From positions 23,622,001 through 23,686,000 of the forward strand of contig OZ004607.1 of assembly GCA_963924565.1 (NCBI GenBank): 64,000 nt of DNA, written 5' to 3'. The first letter of the stretch is position 1; each line of letters opens with the position of its first letter. Shown here piece by piece: positions 59,801 to 64,000 of the stretch. A program made the position numbers and the translations under genes. The notes beneath the pieces are model-generated. The model searched no databases. It saw only the letters and a program-made list of their open reading frames with translations, and had not been told where the DNA came from. Origin of the DNA: Ascidiella aspersa (lineage: Eukaryota).

Positions 59801-62800
59801 AGTGCACACGACGCCCTGAATGGCCATAAACACAATAAAAAGGTGCAGTAAAAAATATTTCGAAAATTACGATAAAATGTTGTCATTAATCTAGTTTATT
59901 GTGTAATTTAAGGAGGGCCGTTAATCTCCCGTTGTTAAGTTGTATTTTAAAAATACAATAAGTTCGTGTGAAGCTCTGTGTATCTTACGATTTATATTGG
60001 CCAATTTAAGGCCCGCGGGCTGTAGGTTGCCGACCCCTGGAATAAATGTTCCTTTTTCTCTTCTCATTCTAAAGTATCTTTGTATTATTAATATCATAGT
60101 GACTGTTTAGCCATATTTGCGGTTTGAACAGCATCTCCTACCTTAAATTTGTCTTTTTGTCCAGTTTCAAAATTGTCAGTCTCGTTGTCAAGGGGGATTA
60201 CGTCGGATTTGCCCTTTTCACCATAAACCTGAAACCATTCAGCAAAACATATTGCTTTACAACAGCCGATATAAAGCAAGTTACTTAGCAAAGATCCTAT
60301 AGTAAAGCATATTTAAAGGCTTATAACAGATTTCTCACGACATTAACCTGAATAAAAACGTTGGCATCTGTCCCCGCATTTCTCACGTCGCTTGTGTAGA
60401 TAATACAGTTCCAGGCAGTTTCTAAAAAATAAAATCCAGTTATTTACTGTTGTTGATTACTTTTCGTGTGATTATCTTACTTTGCAGAACTTGTCTTCGC
60501 TGTGACTTTGACTCGTACAGTTCCCTGCTGATTAAGCCGTCGCCTTCATCGGTGGCAAACCACTTGCGACAGGAGAATACCTACAAAAATGCAATCAGAA
60601 TTATAATTATAAAACGTTAAATGAAATATCGGTATAACACCAAATATTTCAGGGTTGATATAATGTTAAAATGTGCAATCGCCTGATAATATTAAACATT
60701 TGCCTAAAAATGTAGCACGCTGTTTGCGAATTTGCTACCTACTATAATTGTTTTCAGTAATGATTTGAATTCCCTCTGCGTTTACATGGTTCTTGTATTG
60801 CCGTGTTTACCACTGTATTGTATGCGTATGATGTTTTACCAATTGCGATGCGCTTGTTTAATTCGTTGTTGTAGTTGTAATGTACAAGCGTATATAGTGA
60901 GTGCATAATCTCAACCGTGCATTTAGTGCCGGCTGCCTAAATTAACTAACGCACAAATCCATGCCAGATGTAGAAATACAAAATTTCAAATAAATTTTAC
61001 AGCTTGAATGAAAGACATACATATGTTGCTGCGAGCATTTTCAGTTATATGTAAGTTTAACGATAAGAAGAATGGGCCAGTCATGTGTTAGGACTAATTT
61101 AAAAAGTATGTGTTTTACCTGCTCACACCCGGTGCTGTTGCATGTGATGACGACCTTGTCGAGATACCATCCAGGGGCGGCCCCACTATTATCGTGACCC
61201 ACTTCAATCTTGTCCAAAGGGCTCAACATGCTCGCGCTTTCCACATTGCAGATCGCCACTCGATTTCTTTGCAAAAAATAAATAATTTCGGCCATTTCTT
61301 AATACATATTTTTGTTTACTTCATGTTTTTTGAAACCGAAATCAGTTCGTTAAGATGTTAAGATATGTATATTTCACGCCTATATCTTCTAACGTTTTTA
61401 AGTTTGGTTCTTAGTTTAAACTAAATTACTAGATGTTCATCGTGCCATTATAATGTTTGTTTATCACTATCCGCATTCGGGCAGTTGTTTAAATCAACCT
61501 GTTTCTAATAGGTCAAAATTTTGTCAAAAATATATTTTTACGTAAAATTTTTCAAAATTTTTAATTTTACAGGTCAAAATTGGTCATTTTTAGGTGAAAA
61601 ACTAAATGCCCTTCCAATCAAATATTCGCCGAAAAGCACCTTAACTAATTCCTGTTTGTATTGTTTTGGCAGAGATTAAAATTTACCATTTTTCCGCATT
61701 GGTTTCAGTACCTTGAAAACTTGGCATCAAGAATGACTTTTCCAGAGCTCTGTTGACCTTTCCGTCCTCCGTACATGATGAGGTAGACCTCCGCATCGGT
61801 TGCAGCCCCACGCAAGTCACCTGATTACAAACACGAACCAGTAAAAAACAAGCACGGTTATTGGGAAACAAGGCACCCCTTCAACTACAAAATGAGATAG
61901 TTAAAACAGTTTAGCGAAAAACACCAAATCGTCTCTGCTGTAGCGGTAACACCAAAATAAAATATTATATCTTACAATATGTTAAGTAACTTAAGCAGTA
62001 ACAGGTGACGCCCTGTTAGTGCCAAACAAACAACATATTCGAAATTAGCAGATTACCGGCTCGGTTTGTTGTAGCGTGATCCTGGCACGATTAAGTAACA
62101 ATCATGGTCTCTTAGTAAAAAGATATGTGTATTGTGTATGTACATTACAGTGTATAGGATAGATTTTTTCTAGTCTAAATTTCTTTCTATCCTTAACTTG
62201 CTGACAAAAAATCTTTCTAGGCCGGCAACTCCGGTATGAGTGTCCGTAGGAACCCGTTATCGTTAACCAGTCAGACAAATTGAAAAGAGCTAGTGATTTC
62301 AGGTAACACCACAAACTCGAGTTCGACGTTGCCCACTCAGCAGTGAACAATGTACTTGGACGGCTCACCTGTAAAGACTTGTACAGTGTAGGGGATCCCC
62401 GCGTCTCCCTTCCCGACCACCAACTCCCTGCTGATGAGTCCGTCGTCCTCGTCCTTGGCCAACCACCTCTGACAAGGGAAGGTGTGCACACTGTTCATCA
62501 CGTTGTCGTCAACCACCACTTTGTCAAGGAACCAACCGGCGGCAGCACCCTCGTTGTCGTGGCCTGCGTGTCGACGCACAAAATAAGGCTTCGTTGTGGT
62601 AATAAATAAGCAAGTCTATAACAGTGAGGCTGTGCTGTACTTGCTTCATGAGCCACCTGCCCATAATTGGTAAACAAAGACGCAACAAAAAAAGATACAA
62701 ATTGTTACTTTATCACATTTTTTAATTTGTATTTACGGTGAAACAGATTTGTAAATTCGGGAAGAAAAGTTTTTTTATGCATTTGATGACAAATCGAAGC

Positions 62801-63864
62801 ATTTGAACTACATGTCATGTGAGTCTTTCTCTAAATACAATCAACAAAATAGGTAGATTTGAAATTAAATCGAGAAAAAGTAGGTATAAATTTTAGTAAA
62901 AAACAGATGTTTTGATTAAAAATAGGGTGTGGTTTATATCAATGATAAGAGAGAGGCAATTTAAATCAGTTTGGATAAAAAAAGCATTTCGAGCAAATAT
63001 CCATAAGCAAAAATCCTAGAAACCAATGGTCAGTGTTCAGTGTTCACCTATTCGAATCTTTTGCAGCTTTCCCAGGTGCGGACACTCGATCGTGAACGAG
63101 TCCTGTCTTCCCCTCTCGAAGTTGTTGGCGTCGTTGTCGAGCGTCTTCTGTCCCGAGTCTCCCCGGCTGCCAAACAACGTCACGTACACGTTGGCGTCCG
63201 TCCCCGCGCCCCTTTTGTCACCCGTAAACGTGTGGACCACGTAGCTGTTCACTGGAAGCAAGAAAACAATGAGGCGCACATCAAAAGAATAAATTGTTGA
63301 GTAAAATTTTTTGTTGAGTGAAATTGTTGAGTAAAAGGGAAAATTGTTGTTTTTAATATTTAAAACTTTTAAACTGTGAGTTTAAACTTTTAAACTGAAA
63401 GTAATTTTCTTCAGAAAAGAAGCGACAAACTTTGGAACACAATATACGTTTTTTTTAATAATTTCAGTACAAACATCAAAGCCATAATATTCGATAAAAT
63501 CGACATTTCGCAATTTACAGACATTTTATCAATACCTCATGCCATTATCAGTGTAAAAATCAGATAAAAGCGGTAAAACATAAAAATACGTGAAAAGGGA
63601 CAAAAAACAGCAGCAAAACACTGATGATGCCACGAGGTATTGCTGAAACGTCTTTAAATTGCGAAATATCGATTTTATCGAATATTATGACTTTGATATT
63701 TTTACTGAACCGACAAAGATTTAGAGGTTATCCGTACTTTTAGGCCGCGCGAGTGGGTCCTTGCTTCCCATCAGATCTCTGTAGAGCTGTTCGTCGTCGC
63801 TCAGCCACTGGCCACAAGGAAAGAAGATGCGCTGGTTGGGCTTTGACAGATCCACAACAACCAC
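32891..63864 (-). CDS. LOXHD1: Lipoxygenase homology (PLAT) domain-containing protein 1, multi-exon, 5' end outside the window
   Basis: Many GT-AG exons encode 15 complete plus one partial PLAT repeats ([24 protein letters not shown]...F...DLG.L.K.RIGHD..G...GW.L..V...F.C.RWL...E.DG...REL). There is a Lys-rich insert [11 protein letters not shown] (~54207-54240) inside one repeat and a divergent penultimate repeat. The final repeat [48 protein letters not shown] resembles vertebrate LOXHD1 as recalled. Last exon 33061-32891 ends VILSSVN*. Confidence 0.92.
42097..42590 (-). CDS. Probable alternative terminal exon of LOXHD1 (poly-Ser plus acidic tail)
   Basis: Stop-free Ser- then Asp/Glu-rich frame in the intron between the exons ending at ~43907 and starting at 40071. 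Tandem GAG/CAG acceptors (exon start 42590 or 42587) are phase 1, matching the upstream donor AGG A|gtaggt. Ends TAA at 42097; AATAAA (- strand) at 41452-41457. Confidence 0.55.
45960..47150. repeat. Old direct duplication (~45960-46510 and ~46685-47150) upstream of the ZBED-like ORF
   Basis: Colinear shared blocks cttgacaattacg, gttgacctt, gtagcgtatttt, tgattgacact, taattggt.g.ccgaaaaa(a)cgctg, aaagcaag, tacaattag.c.caa. Confidence 0.75.
47292..49193 (+). CDS. BED zinc finger / hAT transposase-derived protein (ZBED-like, 633 aa), nested antisense in a LOXHD1 intron
   Basis: N-terminal BED finger [21 protein letters not shown], basic NLS-like KRKRRKR, hAT core (VTDN, AHSIDL, ERWQS, LDPRVK) and C-terminal hAT dimerisation region ([34 protein letters not shown]). 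Uninterrupted ORF inside intron 44711-49724. Confidence 0.9.
   Translation: MPGAKSTSAVWQYFKVNPTDSSKAICSLCPAVISRGRSSSTYTTSSLRKHLTRHSIKLENSVLNAATLQSPGAHHFPLKRKRRKRGGLLKDCAKRQCTKPEKSDTNELNKRIGEMLALEYLPPSFIEHVGFKRVIAKMQPAYNLPSKAHFAEIVFPDLYNSVQCKLKAQLSEAASPIYGSAEIWRSTQQVNYMNLAAHFMMWRKGELQQKVVFLACSQLEDNDTAANMMAEIRNHENHWNLTLEALVTDNSNVIEALSNGSKLSIKSMAHSIDLVVKQCLANAQSTVTASLAQGKKVVGCFACSPRNSEMLRKRQRANGKVATELLQATPERWQSLIGMLERLILLKEDIEVLSVEERTETLKPEHWKIITELVTLLNVFAIATSELSTEGATLSIVLPLRNSLLQSIRQFLLDHEMHDSTRMYGMGSFLAHLKEEIQRRFAIPVIGKPQDRDAFFYSHEIYVCYALAAMLDPRVKLSWAATSEKSRMTDILETAAMEYVTPATTSSAQKTASSYHRFAFKSLKSEETQLKGHTAKQKPHSVIRRQVEKYLSAPRLEQTKCPLQFWASYRLESLTLFQLAMKYLSCPPTSVCSEQLFHSPDTVFSPIQNNLSTSNVETLTFLHHNIPRLNFDY
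49660..49716. repeat. Minisatellite, 3 x 19 bp
   Basis: aattaggtaac(cg/aa)gtcaa-type unit repeated three times, ending 8 bp from a LOXHD1 splice donor (49724). Confidence 0.9.
52021..52300. mobile_element. tRNA-derived (SINE-like) repeat with two head-to-head tRNA-like units
   Basis: + unit 52139-52213 has A box tggcttagtcgg, B box gagttcgaacc and a T5 run. The - unit has an inverted T-arm/tail (43-nt inverted repeat 52021-52063 / 52182-52224, 6 mismatches). Related copies at ~7260-7473 and ~14690-14740. Confidence 0.75.
56482..56527 (-). ncRNA. Minimal type I hammerhead ribozyme motif (Penelope-like element/retrozyme type)
   Basis: Minus strand reads GUUUACA-CUGAUGA-UGGCAUAAGGUAUUGCU-GAAAC-GUC-UGUAAAC: perfect 7-bp stem I, intact core, stem II GGCA/UGCU and palindromic ACGU minimal stem III. 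Confidence 0.8.
57077..57100. repeat. (TA)n microsatellite
   Basis: Uninterrupted tatata run. Confidence 0.9.
57541..57877. mobile_element. hAT-type MITE with gatcgac subterminal repeats
   Basis: caggtgtagccaac ... gttggctaccact, with repeated (g)atcgac motifs at both ends. Confidence 0.65.
63463..63709. repeat. Foldback: two inverted 92-bp copies of the hammerhead-containing repeat
   Basis: Arms 63463-63554 and 63618-63709 are near-perfect reverse complements with a 63-bp spacer. The right arm has ctgatga (63621)..gaaacgtc (63645-63652). Both arms match 56448-56527. Confidence 0.9.
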
Positions 63865-64000
63865 CTGTGCGACAGAGAGCAAAGGTGTGTAACCTCTCTT
63901 CAAGATAGACTTCGCAGTATCGCTTTATTTACGATTTCATAATTAGTATAAAGCTAAAACCAGAAACAAAAGACTGCGACCTATACCAAATTTAAGTAGA

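Overview
AT-rich, intron-rich animal genomic DNA, not prokaryotic. Compact introns and gene content suggest an invertebrate chordate such as an ascidian, but that is inference. Four genes were reconstructed by hand from GT-AG boundaries and exon phase. (1) A 10-exon, + strand, ~428-aa type I membrane protein (11495-19555): signal peptide, Cys-less Ig-like domain, Sushi/CCP-like module, three laminin/MEGF-type EGF repeats plus one EGF, one TM helix and a short KxKxx tail. The ORF track shows only fragments of it, and its architecture recalls tunicate fester-type allorecognition receptors. (2) A 10-exon, - strand arylsulfatase of the ARSB/I/J family (26709-20797). (3) A 5'-partial, - strand LOXHD1 orthologue with at least 16 PLAT repeats (63864-32891) and a probable acidic alternative terminal exon. 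(4) An intact, intronless BED-finger/hAT ORF (47292-49193) nested antisense in a LOXHD1 intron, with altered catalytic motifs that suggest domestication. Non-coding DNA carries many hAT-type MITEs with 8-bp TSDs, a Charlie transposase relic, a head-to-head tRNA-derived repeat family, and a repeat family containing minimal type I hammerhead ribozyme motifs. One hammerhead copy is intact and sense to the LOXHD1 pre-mRNA; two others form a 92-bp foldback.
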